Positions 25,515-41,912 of a stretch of 64,000 bases of DNA are shown here, piece after piece (the stretch's first letter is position 1; each line of letters begins with the position of its first letter). Position numbers and translations under genes: made by a program. The DNA lies in NCBI GenBank assembly GCA_030390025.1, contig CM059432.1, positions 109,246,001-109,310,000 of the forward strand, given 5' to 3'. The notes under the pieces are model-generated. The model did not search any database. It was not told the origin of the DNA and was given only the letters and a program-made list of their open reading frames with translations. The stretch comes from Squalus acanthias. Its lineage: Eukaryota.

Positions 25515-28500
25515 ACGTTATAGACCTCGCACATCATACATGTCACACGTTATAGACCTCGCACATCATACACGTCACACGTTATAGACCTCGCACATCA
25601 TACACGTCACACGTTATAGACCGCGCACATCATACATGTCACACGTTATAGACCTCGCACATCATACATGTCACACGTTATAGACCTCGCACATCATACA
25701 CGTCGCACGTTATAGACCTCGCACATCATACACGTCGCACGTTATAGACCTCGCACATCATACATGTCACACGTTATAGACCTCGCACATCATACATGTC
25801 ACACGTTATAGACCTCGCACATCATACATGTCACACGTTATAGACCTCGCACATCATACATGTCACACGTTATAGACCTCGCACATCATACATGTCAACG
25901 TTATAGACCTCGCACATCATACACGTCACACGTTATAGACCTCGCACATCATACATGTCACACGTTATAGACCTCGCACATCATACATGTCACACGTTAT
26001 AGACCTCGCACATCATACATGTCACACGTTATAGACCACACACATCATACATGTCACACGTTATAGACCTTGCACATCATACACGTCGCATGTTATAGAC
26101 CACGCACATCATACATGTCGCACGTTATATACCTCTCGCACATCATACACGTCGCATGTTATTAGACCACCGCACTTCATGCATGTCACACATTATAGAC
26201 CACTCACATCATACATTTACACGTTATAGACCACACACATCATACATGTCACACGTTATAGACCACGCACATCATACATGCCACACGTTATAGACCTTTG
26301 CACATCATACACGTCGCATGTTATAGACCACGCACATCATACATGTCGCACGTTATAGACCTCGCACATCATACACGTCGCATGTTATAGACCACGCACT
26401 TCATGCATTGTCACACATTATAGACCACTCACATCATACATGTTACACGTTATAGACCACACACATCATACATGCCACACGTTATAGACCTCGCACATCA
26501 AACATGCCACACGTTATAGACCACACACATCAATACATGTCACACGTTATAGACCTCGCACATCATACACGTCAACGTTATAGACCTGCACATCATACAC
26601 GTCACACGTTATAGACCTCGCACATCATACATGTCGCACGTTATAGACCTCGCACATCATACACGTCACACGTTATAGACCTCGCACATCATACATGTCA
26701 CACGTTATAGACCTCGCACATCATACACGTCACACGTTATAGACCTCGCACATCATACACGTCACACGTTATAGACCTCGCACATCATACATGTCACACG
26801 TTATAGACCTCGCACATCATACATGTCACACGTTATAGACCTCGCACATCATACACGTCACACGTTATAGACCTCGCACATCATACATGTCACACGTTAT
26901 AGACCTCGCACATCATACACGTCACACGTTATAGACCGCGCACGTTATACACCTCGCACATCATACACGTCACACGTTATAGACCGCGCACATCATAGAT
27001 GTCGCACGTTATAGACCAGCACATCATACACGTCACACGTTATAGACCGCACACATCATACATGTCACACGTTATAAGACATCGCACATCATACACGTCG
27101 CAAGTTATAGACCTCGCACATCAAACACGTCACACGTTATAGACCACGCACATCATACATGTCACACGTTATAGACCTCGCACATTATACATGTCACACG
27201 TTATAGACCGCGCACATCATACACGTCACATTTCATAGACCACGCACATCATACATGTCACATGTTATAGACCTCGCACATCATACACGTCACACGTTAT
27301 AGACCACGCACATCATACATGTCACACGTTATAGACCTCGCACATCATACATGTCACACGTTATACACCTCGCACATCATACACGTCACTGTTATAGACC
27401 TCACACATCATACATGTCACACGTTATTACACCTCGCACATCATACATGTCACACGTTATACACCTCGCACATCATACACGTCGCACGTTATACACCTCG
27501 CACATCATACACGTCACACGTTATACACCTCGCACATCATACATGTCACACGTTATACACCTCGCACATCATACACGTCACACGTTATAGACCACGCACA
27601 TCATACACGTCACACGTTATAGACCTCGCACATCATACACGTCGCTTATTATAGACCACACACATCATACACGTCACACGTTATAGACCTCGCACATCAT
27701 ACACGTCACACCTTACAGACCACGCACATCATACACGTCACACGTTATAGACCTCGCACATCATACATGTCACACGTTATAGAACTCGCACATCATACAT
27801 GTCACACTTTATAGACCTCGCACATCATACATGTCACACGTTATAGACCTCGCACATCATACACGTCACACGTTATAGACCGCACACATCATACATGTCA
27901 CACATTATAGACCTCACACATCACACATGTCACACGTTATAAACCTCGCACATCATACATGTCGAACGTTATAAACCTCGCACATCATACATGTCGAACG
28001 TTATAGACCTCGCACATCATACATGTCGCACGTTATAGACCGCGCACATCATGCACGTCGCACGTTATAGACCTCGCACATCATACATGTCACACGTTAT
28101 AGACCTCGCACATCATACACGTCACACGTTATAGACCTCGCGCATCATACACGTCGAACGTTATAGACCCCACATCATACATGTCACACGTTATAGACCT
28201 CGCACATCATACACGTCGCATGTTATAGACCACACACATCATACACGTCACACGTTATACACCTCGCACATCATACACGTCGCATGTTATAGACCACACA
28301 CATCATACACGTCACACGTTATAGACCTCGCACATCATAACGTCGCACGTTATAGACCGCGCACATCATACATGTCACACGTTATACACCTCGCACATCA
28401 TATATGTCACACGTTATACACCTCGCACATCATAAACGTTGCATGTTATAGACCACACATATCATACATGTCACACGTTATAGACCTCACACATCATACA

Positions 28501-30619
28501 TGTCACACGTTATAGACCACGCACATCATACATGTCAAACATTATAGAACTCGCACATCATACACGTCACATGTTATAGACCGCGCACATCATACACGTC
28601 GCACGTTATAGACCTCGCACATCATACATGTCAAACGTTATACACCTCGCACATCATACACGTCACACGTTATAGACCACGCACATCATACACGTCACAC
28701 GTTATAGACCTTGCACATCATACACGTCACACGTTATAGACCTCGCACATCATACATGTCACATGTTATAGACCTCGCACATCATACATGTCACACGTTA
28801 TAGACCTCGCACATCATACACGTCACACATTATAGACCTCGCACATCATACACGTCACACGTTATAGACCTCGCACATCATACACGTCACACTTTATAGA
28901 CCTCGCACATCATACACGTCACACGTTATTGACCGCGCACATCATACATGTCACACGTTACAGACCTCGCAGATCATACACGTCGCACGTTATACACCTC
29001 GCACATCATACACGTCGCATGTTATAGACCGCGCACATCATACATGTCGCACATTATAGACCTCGCACATCATACATGTCAAACGTTATACACTTCGCAA
29101 ATCATACATGTCACACGTGATACACCTCACACATCATACATGTCACATGTTATAGACCTCGCACATCATACATGTCAAACGTCATACACCTCACACATCA
29201 TACACGTCACACTTTATAGACCTCGCACATCATACATGTCGCATGCTATAGACCACACACATCATACATGTCGCACGCTATAGACCTCGCAAATCATACA
29301 CGTCACACGTTATAGACCTCGCACGTCATACACGTCACACGTTAGAGACCTCGCACATCATACATGTCACACGTTATAGACCTCGCACATCATACATGCC
29401 ACACATTATAGACCTTGCACATCATACATGTCGAACGTTATTGACCACGCACATCATACACGTCACACGTTATAGACCTCGCACATCTTACACGTCACAC
29501 GTTATAGACCTCGCACATCATACATGTCGAACATTATAGACCTCGCACATCATACATGTCGCACGTTATAGACCTCACACATCATACATGTCGCACGTTA
29601 TAGACCTCGCACATCATACATGTCACACGTTATAGACCTCGCACATCATACATCATGCACGTTATAGACCTCGCACATCATACATGCCACACGTTATAGA
29701 CCACGCACATCATACACGTCGCACGTTATAGACCTCGCACATCATACACGTCACACGTTATAGACCTCGCACATCATACATGTCGAACATTATAGACCTC
29801 GCACATCATACATGTCGCACGTTATAGACCTCACACATCATACATGTCGCACGTTATAGACCTCGCACATCATACATGTCACATGTTATAGACCTCGCAC
29901 ATCATGCATCACACACGTTATAGACCTCGCACATCATACATGCCACACGTTATAGACCATGCACATCATACACGTCGCACGTTATAGACCTCACGCATCA
30001 TACATGTCGCAGGTTATAGACCTCGCACGTCATACACGTCACACGTTATAAACCTCGCACATCATACACGTCACACGTTATAGACCACACACATCATACA
30101 TGTCACACGTTATAGACCTCGCACATCATACACGTCACACGTAATACACCTCGGACATCATACACGTCACACGTTATAGACCTCACACATTATACATGTC
30201 ACACATTATACACCTCGCACATCATACATGTCACACGTTATACACCTCGCACATCATATTTGTCACACGTTATACACCTCACACATCATACACATCACAT
30301 GTTATACACCTCGCACATCATACATGTCACACGTTATAGACCACGCACATCATACAAGTCACACGTTATAGACCTTGCACATCATACACGTCGCACGTTA
30401 TAGACCTCGCACATCATACACGTCACACGTTACAGACCTCGCACATCATATACGTCACACGTTATAGACCTCGCACATCATACATGTATCACGTTATAGA
30501 CCACGCACATCAACACGTCACACGTTATAGACCTTGCACATCATACACGTCGCACGTTATAGACCACGCACATCATACATGTCGCACCTTATAGACCTCG
30601 CACATCATACATGTCGCAC

Positions 30620-33600
30620 GTTATAGACCTCACACATCATACACGTCACACATTATAGACCTCGCACATCATACAAGTCGCACGTTATAGACCTCGCACA
30701 TCATACATGTTGCACCTTATAGACCTCGCACATCATACACGTCACACGTTATAGACCTCGCACATCATACACTTCGCACATTATAGACCTCGCACATCAT
30801 ACATGTCAAACGTTATACACCTCGCACATCATACATGTCACACGTTATACAGCTCGCACATCATACATGTTGCACGTTATAAACCTCGCACATCATACAT
30901 GTCACACATTATACACCTCGCACATCATACACGTCACACGTTATAGACCGCGCACATCATACATGTCGCACATTATAGACCTCGCACATCATACATGTCA
31001 AACGTTATACACTTCGCAAATCATACATGTCACACGTGATACACCTCACACATCATACATGTCACACGTTATAGACCTTGCACATCATACATGTCAAACG
31101 TCATACACCTCACACATCATACACGTCACACGTTATAGACCTCGCACATCATACACGTCGCATGCTATAGACCACACACATCATACATGTCGCACGCTAT
31201 AGACCTCGCAAATCATACACGTCACACGTTATAGACCTCGCACATCATACATGTCACACGTTAGAGACCTCGCACATCATACATGTCACACGTTATAGAC
31301 CTCGCACATCATACATGTCACACGTTAGAGACCTCGCACATCATACATGTCACACGTTATAGACCTCGCACATCATACATGCCACACATTATAGACCTTG
31401 CACATCATACATGTCGAACGTTATTGACCACGCACATCATACACGTCACACGTTATAGACCTCGCACATCTTACACATCGCACGTTATACACCTCGCACA
31501 TCATACGTGTTGCACGTTATAGACCTCGCACATCATACACGTCACATGTTATAGACCACACACATCATACATGTCACACATTATAGACCTTGCACATCAT
31601 ACACGTCACACATTATAGACCTCGCACATCATACACGTCACATGTTATAGACCTCGCACATCATACACGTCGCATGTTATAGACTACACACATCATACAC
31701 GTCACATGTTATAGACCTCGCACATCATAAACGTTGCATGTTATAGACCTCGCACATCATACACGTCACACGTTATAGACCTCGCACATCATACACGTCG
31801 CACGTTATAGAGCGCGAACATCATACATGTCGCACGTTATAGACCTCGCACATCATACATGTCACACGTTATAGACCTCGAACATCATACACGTCGCACG
31901 TTATAGACCTCGCACATCATACATGTCACACGTTATAGACCTCGCACATCATACATGTCGAACGTTATACACCTCGCACATCATACACGTCACACTTTAT
32001 AGACCTCGCACATCATACACGTCACACGTTATAGACCGTGCACATCATACACGTCGCACGTTATACACCTCACACATCATACATGTCACACGTTATAGAC
32101 CTCGCACATCATACATGTCGAACGTTATACACCTCGCACATAATACATGTCGAACGTTATACACCTCGCACATCATACACGTCGCACGTTATAGAACACG
32201 CACATCATACTTGTCGCACGTTATACACCTCGCACATCATACATGTCGAACGTTATACACCTAGCTCATCATACACGTCACACATTATAGACCTCGAACA
32301 TCATACATGTCAGACGTTATAGACCTCGCACATCATACATGTCACACATTATAGACCTCGCACATCATACACGTCACACGTTAAAGACCTCGCACATCAT
32401 ACACGTCACACATTATAGACCGCGCACATCATACATTTCAAACGTTATAGACCTCGCACATCATACATGTCACAAGTTATAGACCTCGCACATCATACAC
32501 GTCGCACGTTATAGACCTCGCACATCATACATGTCACACGTTATACACCTCGCACATCATACACGTCACACGTTATAGACCTCGCACATCATACACGTCA
32601 TACATTATAGACCTCGCACATCATACACGGCACACGTTATAGACCACGCACATCATACATGTCACACGTTATACACCTCGCACATCATACACGTCACACG
32701 TTATTGACCTCGCACATCATACACGTCACACGTTATAGACCTCGCACATCATACATGTCACACGTTATAGACCGCGCACATCATACATGTCACACGTTAT
32801 AGACCTCGCACATCATGCATGTCACACCTTATAGACCTCGCACATCATACACGTCACACTTTATAGACCTCGCACATCATACACGTCACACGTTATAGAC
32901 CTCACACATCATACACGTCACACGTTATAGACCATGCACATCATACACGTCACACGTTATAGACCACGCACATCATACATGTCACACGTTATAGACCTCG
33001 CACATCATACACGTCGCAGGTTATACACCTCGCACATCATACACGTCGCATGTTATTGACCACGCACATCATACACGTCGCACGTTATACACCTCGCACA
33101 TCATACCTGTCACACGTTATCGACCGCGCACGTTATACACCTCGCACATCATACACGTCACACGTTATTGACTGCGCACATCATACATGTCACACGTTAT
33201 AGACCTCGCACATCATACACATCACACGTTATAGACCTCGCACAACATACATGTCGCACGTTATAGACCTCGCACATCATACACGTCACACGTTATAGAC
33301 CACGCACATCATACATGTCGCACTTTATAGACCTCGCACATCATACACGTCGCATGTTATAGATCATGCACATGATACATGTCGCACGTTATAGACCTCG
33401 CACATCATACACGTCGCATGTTATAGACCACGCACATCATACATGTCACGCGTTATAGACCACGCACTTCATACATGTCACACGTTATAGACCACACACA
33501 TCATACGTGTCGAACGTTATAGACCTTGCACATCATACATGTCACACGTTATAGACCACGCACATCATAAACGTCACATGTTATAGACCTCGCACATCAT

Positions 33601-36600
33601 ACATGCCACACGTTATACACCACGCAGATCATACATGTCACACGTTATAGACCTCACACATCATACACGTCACACATTATAGACCTCGCACATCATACAA
33701 GTCGCACGTTATAGACCTCGCACATCATACATGTTGCACCTTATAGACCTCGCACATCATACACGTCACACGTTATAGACCTCGCACATCATACACTTCG
33801 CACATTATAGACCTCGCACATCATACATGTCAAACGTTATACACCTCGCACATCATACATGTCACACATTATACAGCTCGCACATCATACATGTTGCACG
33901 TTATAAACCTCGCACATCATACATGTCACACATTATACACCTCGCACATCATACACGTCACACGTTATAGACCGCGCACATCATACATGTCGCACATTAT
34001 AGACCTCGCACATCATACATGTCAAACGTTATACACTTCGCAAATCATACATGTCACACGTGATACACCTCACACATCATACATGTCACACGTTATAGAC
34101 CTTGCACATCATACATGTCAAACGTCATACACCTCACACATCATACACGTCACACGTTATAGACCTCGCACATCATACACGTCGCATGCTATAGACCACA
34201 CACATCATACATGTCGCACGCTATAGACCTCGCAAATCATACACGTCACACGTTATAGACCTCGCACATCATACATGTCACACGTTAGAGACCTCGCACA
34301 TCATACATGTCACACGTTATAGACCTCGCACATCATACATGTCACACGTTAGAGACCTCGCACATCATACATGTCACACGTTATAGACCTCGCACATCAT
34401 ACATGCCACACATTATAGACCTTGCACATCATACATGTCGAACGTTATTGACCACGCACATCATACACGTCACACGTTAGAGACCTCGCACATCATACAT
34501 GTCACACGTTATAGACCTTGCACATCATACATGTCACACGTTAGAGACCTCGCACATCATACATGTCACACGTTATAGACCTCGCACATCATACATGCCA
34601 CACATTATAGACCTTGCACATCATACATGTCGAACGTTATTGACCACACACATCATACACGTCACACGTTATAGACCTCGCACATCTTACACATCGCATG
34701 TTATAGACTACACACATCATACACGTCACATGTTATAGACCTCGCACATCATAAACGTTGCATGTTATAGACCTCGCACATCATACACGTCACACGTTAT
34801 AGACCTCGCACATCATACATGTCACACATTATAGACCTTGCACATCATACACGTCACACATTATAGACCTCGCACATCATACACGTCACATGTTATAGAC
34901 CTCGCACATCATACACGTCGCATGTTATAGACTACACACATCATACACGTCACATGTTATAGACCTCGCACATCATAAACGTTGCATGTTATAGACCTCG
35001 CACATCATACACGTCACACGTTATAGACCTCGCACATCATACACGTCGCACGTTATAGAGCGCGAACATCATACATGTCGCACGTTATAGACCTCGCACA
35101 TCATACATGTCACACGTTATAGACCTCGAACATCATACACGTCGCACGTTATAGACCTCGCACATCATACATGTCACACGTTATAGACCTCGCACATCAT
35201 ACATGTCGAACGTTATACACCTCGCACATCATACACGTCACACTTTATAGACCTCGCACATCATACACGTCACACGTTATAGACCGTGCACATCATACAC
35301 GTCGCACGTTATACACCTCACACATCATACATGTCACACGTTATAGACCTCGCACATCATACATGTCGAACGTTATACACCTCGCACATAATACATGTCG
35401 AACGTTATACACCTCGCACATCATACACGTCGCACGTTATAGAACACGCACATCATACTTGTCGCACGTTATAGACCTCGCACATCATACATGTCGAACG
35501 TTATACACCTAGCTCATCATACACGTCACACATTATAGACCTCGAACATCATACATGTCAGACGTTATAGACCTCGCACATCATACATGTCACACGTTAT
35601 AGACCTCGCACATCATACACGTCACACGTTAAAGACCTCGCACATCATACACGTCACACATTATAGACCGCGCACATCATACATTTCAAACGTTATAGAC
35701 CTCGCACATCATACATGTCACAAGTTATAGACCTCGCACATCATACACGTCGCACGTTATAGACCTCGCACATCATACATGTCACACGTTATACACCTCG
35801 CACATCATACACGTCACACGTTATAGACCTCGCACATCATACACGTCATACATTATAGACCTCGCACATCATACACGGCACACGTTATAGACCACGCACA
35901 TCATACATGTCACACGTTATACACCTCGCACATCATACACGTCACACGTTATTGACCTCGCACATCATACACGTCACACGTTATAGACCTCGCACATCAT
36001 ACATGTCACACGTTATAGACCGCGCACATCATACATGTCACACGTTATAGACCTCGCACATCATGCATGTCACACCTTATAGACCTCGCACATCATACAC
36101 GTCACACTTTATAGACCTCGCACATCATACACGTCACACGTTATAGACCTCACACATCATACACGTCACACGTTATAGACCATGCACATCATACACGTCA
36201 CACGTTATAGACCACGCACATCATACATGTCACACGTTATAGACCTCGCACATCATACACGTCGCAGGTTATACACCTCGCACATCATACACGTCGCATG
36301 TTATTGACCACGCACATCATACACGTCGCACGTTATACACCTCGCACATCATACCTGTCACACGTTATCGACCGCGCACGTTATACACCTCGCACATCAT
36401 ACACGTCACACGTTATTGACTGCGCACATCATACATGTCACACGTTATAGACCTCGCACATCATACACATCACACGTTATAGACCTCGCACAACATACAT
36501 GTCGCACGTTATAGACCTCGCACATCATACACGTCACACGTTATAGACCACGCACATCATACATGTCGCACTTTATAGACCTCGCACATCATACACGTCG

Positions 36601-36895
36601 CATGTTATAGATCATGCACATGATACATGTCGCACGTTATAGACCTCGCACATCATACACGTCGCATGTTATAGACCACGCACATCATACATGTCACGCG
36701 TTATAGACCACGCACTTCATACATGTCACACGTTATAGACCACACACATCATACGTGTCGAACGTTATAGACCTTGCACATCATACATGTCACACGTTAT
36801 AGACCACGCACATCATAAACGTCACATGTTATAGACCTCGCACATCATACATGCCACACGTTATACACCACGCAGATCATACATGTCACACGTTA
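30620..36895. repeat. Tandem duplication of a ~3.0-3.25-kb satellite block (junction ~33,645)
   Basis: Pseudo-ORFs at 30,867/33,891 (offset 3,024) and 31,923/35,171 (offset 3,248). Markers ACAAGTCG at 30,673/33,697 and GCAGATC at 33,624/36,872. Confidence 0.88.
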
Positions 36896-39800
36896 TAGAC
36901 CACGCACATCATACATGCCACACGTTATAGACCATGCACATCATAAACGTCATACGTTATAGACCTCGCACATCATACATGTCACACGTTACAGACCACG
37001 CACATCATACATGTCGAACGTTATAGACCGCGCACATCATACACGTCACATGTTATAGACCGCGCACATCATACATGTCACACGTCATAGGCCACGCACA
37101 TCATACATGTCGAACGTTATAGACCGCGCACATCATACATGTCGCACGTTATAGATAGCGCACATCATACACGTCGCACGTTATAGACCTCGCACATCAT
37201 ACATGTCACACGTTATACACCTCGCACATCATACACGTCACACGTTATAGACCTCACACATCATACACGTCACACATTATAGACCTCGCACATCATACAC
37301 GTCACACTTTATAGACCACGCACATCATACACATCACACGTTATAGACCTCGCACATCATACACGTCACACGTTATAGACTTCGCACATCATACAAGTCA
37401 CACGTTATATACCGCGGACATCATACATGTCACACGTTATAGACCGCGCACATCATACATGTCACATGTTATAGACCTCACACATCATACATGTCACACG
37501 TTATAGACCTCGCACATCATACACGTCACACGTTATAGACCTCGCACATCATACACGTCACACGTTATAGACCTCACACATCATACACGTCACACATTAT
37601 AGACCACGCACATCATACACTTCACATGTTATAGACCTCGCACATCATACACGTCGCACGTTATACACCTCGCACATCATACACGTCGCATGTTATAGAC
37701 CACGCACATCATACACGTCGCACGTTATACACCTCGCACATCATACGTGTCACACATTATCGACTGCGCACGTTATACACCTCGCACATCATACACGTCA
37801 CACGTTATAGACTGCGCACATCATACATGTCGCACTTTATAGACCTCGCACATCATACACGTCACACGTTGTAGACCTCGCACATCATACATGTCGCACG
37901 TTATAGACCTCGCACATCATACACGTCACACGTTATAGACCACGCACATCATACATGTCGCATGTTATAGAGCTCGCACATCATACACGTCGCATGTTAT
38001 AGACCACGCACATCATACATGTCGCACGTTATAGACCTCGCACATCATACACGTCGCATGTTATAGACCACGCACATCATAAACGTCACACGTTATAGAC
38101 CTCGCACATCATACATGCCACACGTTATAGACCACGCACATCATACATGTCACACGTTATAGACCTCACACATCATACATGCCACACGTTATAGACCACG
38201 CACATCATACATGTCACACGTTATAGACCACGCACATCATACATGTCACACGTTATAGACCATGCACATCATAAGCGTCACACATTATACACCTCGCACA
38301 TCATACATGTCGCACGTTATAGACCTCGCACATCATACACGTCACACGTTATTGACCATGCACATCATACATGTCACACGTTATAGACCTCGCACATCAT
38401 ACACGTCACATGTTATAGACCTTGCACATCATACACATCGCACGTTATACACCTCGCACATCATACGTGTCGCACGTTATAGACCTCGCACATCAGACAC
38501 GTCACATGTTATAGACCACACACATCATACATGTCACACATTATAGACCTTGCACATCATACACGTCACACATTATAGACCTCGCACATCATACACGTCT
38601 CATGTTATAGACCTCGCACATCATACACGTCGCATGTTATAGACTACACACATCATACACGTCACATGTTATAGACCTCGCACATCATAAACGTCGCATG
38701 TTATAGACCTCGCACATCATACACGTCACACGTTATAGACCTCGCACATCATACACGTCGCACGTTATAGAGCGCGAACATCATACATGTCGCACGTTAT
38801 AGACCTCGCACATCATACATGTCACACGTTATAGACCTCGAACATCATACACGTCGCACGTTATAGAGCGCGAACATCATACATGTCGCACGTTATAGAC
38901 CTCGCACATCATACATGTCACACGTTATAGACCTCGCACATCATACATGTCGAACGTTATACACCTCGCACATCATACACGTCACACTTTATAGACCTCG
39001 CACATCATACACGTCACACGTTATAGACCGCGCACATCATACACGTCATACGTTATAGACCTCGCACATCATACATGTCACACGTTACAGACCACGCACA
39101 TCATACATGTCGAACGTTATAGACCGCGCACATCATACACGTCACATGTTATAGACCGCGCACATCATACATGTCACACGTTATAGGCCACGCACATCAT
39201 ACATGTCGAACGTTATAGACCTCGCACATCATACATGTCGCACGTTATAGATAGCGCACATCATACACGTCGCACGTTATAGACCTCGCACATCATACAT
39301 GTCACACGTTATACACCTCGAACATCATACACATCACACGTTATAGACCTCACACATCATACACGTCACACATTATAGACCTCGCACATCATACACGTCA
39401 CACGTTATAGACCACGCACATCATACACGTCACACGTTATAGACCTCGCACATCATACACGTCACACGTTATAGACTTCGCACATCATACAAGTCACACG
39501 TTATATACCGCGGACATCATAAATGTCACACTTTATGGACCGCGCACATCATACATGTCACACGTTATAGACCTCACACATCATACATGTCACACGTTAT
39601 AGACCTCGCACATCATACACGTCACACCTTATAGACCTCGCACATCATACACGTCACACGTTATAGACCTCACACATCATACACGTCACACATTATAGAC
39701 CACGCACATCATACACGTCACATGTTATAGACCTCGCACATCATACACGTCGCACGTTATACACCTCGCACATCATACACGTCGCATGTTATAGACCACG

Positions 39801-41912
39801 CACATCATACACGTCGCACGTTATACACCTCGCACATCATACGTGTCACACATTATCGACTGCGCACGTTATACACCTCGCACATCATACACGTCACACG
39901 TTATAGACTGCGCACATCATACATGTCGCACTTTATAGACCTCGCACATCATACACGTCGCATGTTATAGACCACGCACATCATACATGTCGCACGTTAT
40001 AGACCTCGCACATCATACATGTCGCACGTTATAGACCACACACATCATACATGTCACACGTTATAGACCACACACATCATACATGTCGAACGTTATAGAC
40101 CTTGCACATCACACATGTCACACGTTATAGACCACGCACATCTTAAACGTCACATGTTATAGACCACGCACATCATACATGCCACACGTTATACACCATG
40201 CAGATCATACATGTCACACGTTATAGACCACGCACATCATACATGCCACACGTTATAGACCACGCACATCATAAACGTCATACGTTATAGACCTCGCACA
40301 TCATACATGTCACACGTTACAGACCACGCACATCATACATGTCGAACGTTATAGACCGCGCACATCATACACGTCACATGTTATAGACCGCGCACATCAT
40401 ACATGTCACACGTTATAGGCCACGCACATCATACATTTCGAACGTTATAGACCTCGCACATCATACATGTCGCACGTTATAGATAGCGCACATCATACAA
40501 GTCACACGTTATATACCGCGGACATCATACATGTCACACGTTATAGACCTCGCACATCATACACGTCACACATTATAGACCTCGCACATCATACACGTCA
40601 CACGTTATAGACCTCACACATCATACACGTCACACATTATAGACCACGCACATCATACACGTCACACGTTATAGACCTCGCACATCATACACGTCGCATG
40701 TTATAGACCACGCACATCATACACGTCGCACGTTATACACCTCGCACATCATACGTGTCACACATTATCGACTGCGCACGTTATACACCTCGCACATCAT
40801 ACACGTCACACGTTATAGACTGCGCACATCATACATGTCGCACTTTATAGACCTCGCACATCATACACGTCACACGTTGTAGACCTCGCACATCATACAT
40901 GTCGCACGTTATAGACCTCGCACATCATACACGTCACACGTTATAGACCACGCACATCATACATGTCGCATGTTATAGAGCTCGCACATCATACATGTCG
41001 CATGTTATAGACCACGCACATCATACATGTCGCACGTTATAGACCTCGCACATCATACACGTCGCATGTTATAGACCACGCACATCATAAACGTCACACG
41101 TTATAGACCTCGCACATCATACATGCCACACGTTATAGACCACGCACATCATACATGTCACACGTTATAGACCTCACACATCATACATGCCACATGTTAT
41201 AGACCACGCACATCATACATGTCACACGTTATAGACCACGCACATCATACATGTCACACGTTATAGACCATGCACATCATACACGTCACATGTTATAGAC
41301 CTTGCACATCATACACATCGCACGTTATACACCTCGCACATCATACGTGTTGCACGTTATAGACCTCGCACATCATACACGTCACATGTTATAGACCACA
41401 CACATCATACATGTCACACATTATAGACCTTGCACATCATACACGTCACACATTATAGACCTCGCACATCATACACGTCACATGTTATAGACCTCGCACA
41501 TCATACACGTCGCATGTTATAGACTACACACATCATACACGTCACATGTTATAGACCTCGCACATCATAAACGTTGCATGTTATAGACCTCGCACATCAT
41601 ACACGTCACACGTTATAGACCTCGCACATCATACACGTCGCACGTTATAGAGCGCGAACATCATACATGTCGCACGTTATAGACCTCGCACATCATACAT
41701 GTCACACGTTATAGACCTCGAACATCATACACGTCGCACGTTATAGACCTCGCACATCATACATGTCACACGTTATAGACCTCGCACATCATACATGTCG
41801 AACGTTATACACCTCGCACATCATACACGTCACACTTTATAGACCTCGCACATCATACACGTCACACGTTATAGACCGTGCACATCATACACGTCGCACG
41901 TTATACACCTCA

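Noticed and set aside
25186..25587. ORFs spanning the N run
   Set aside because: Artefacts of translating through the assembly gap.
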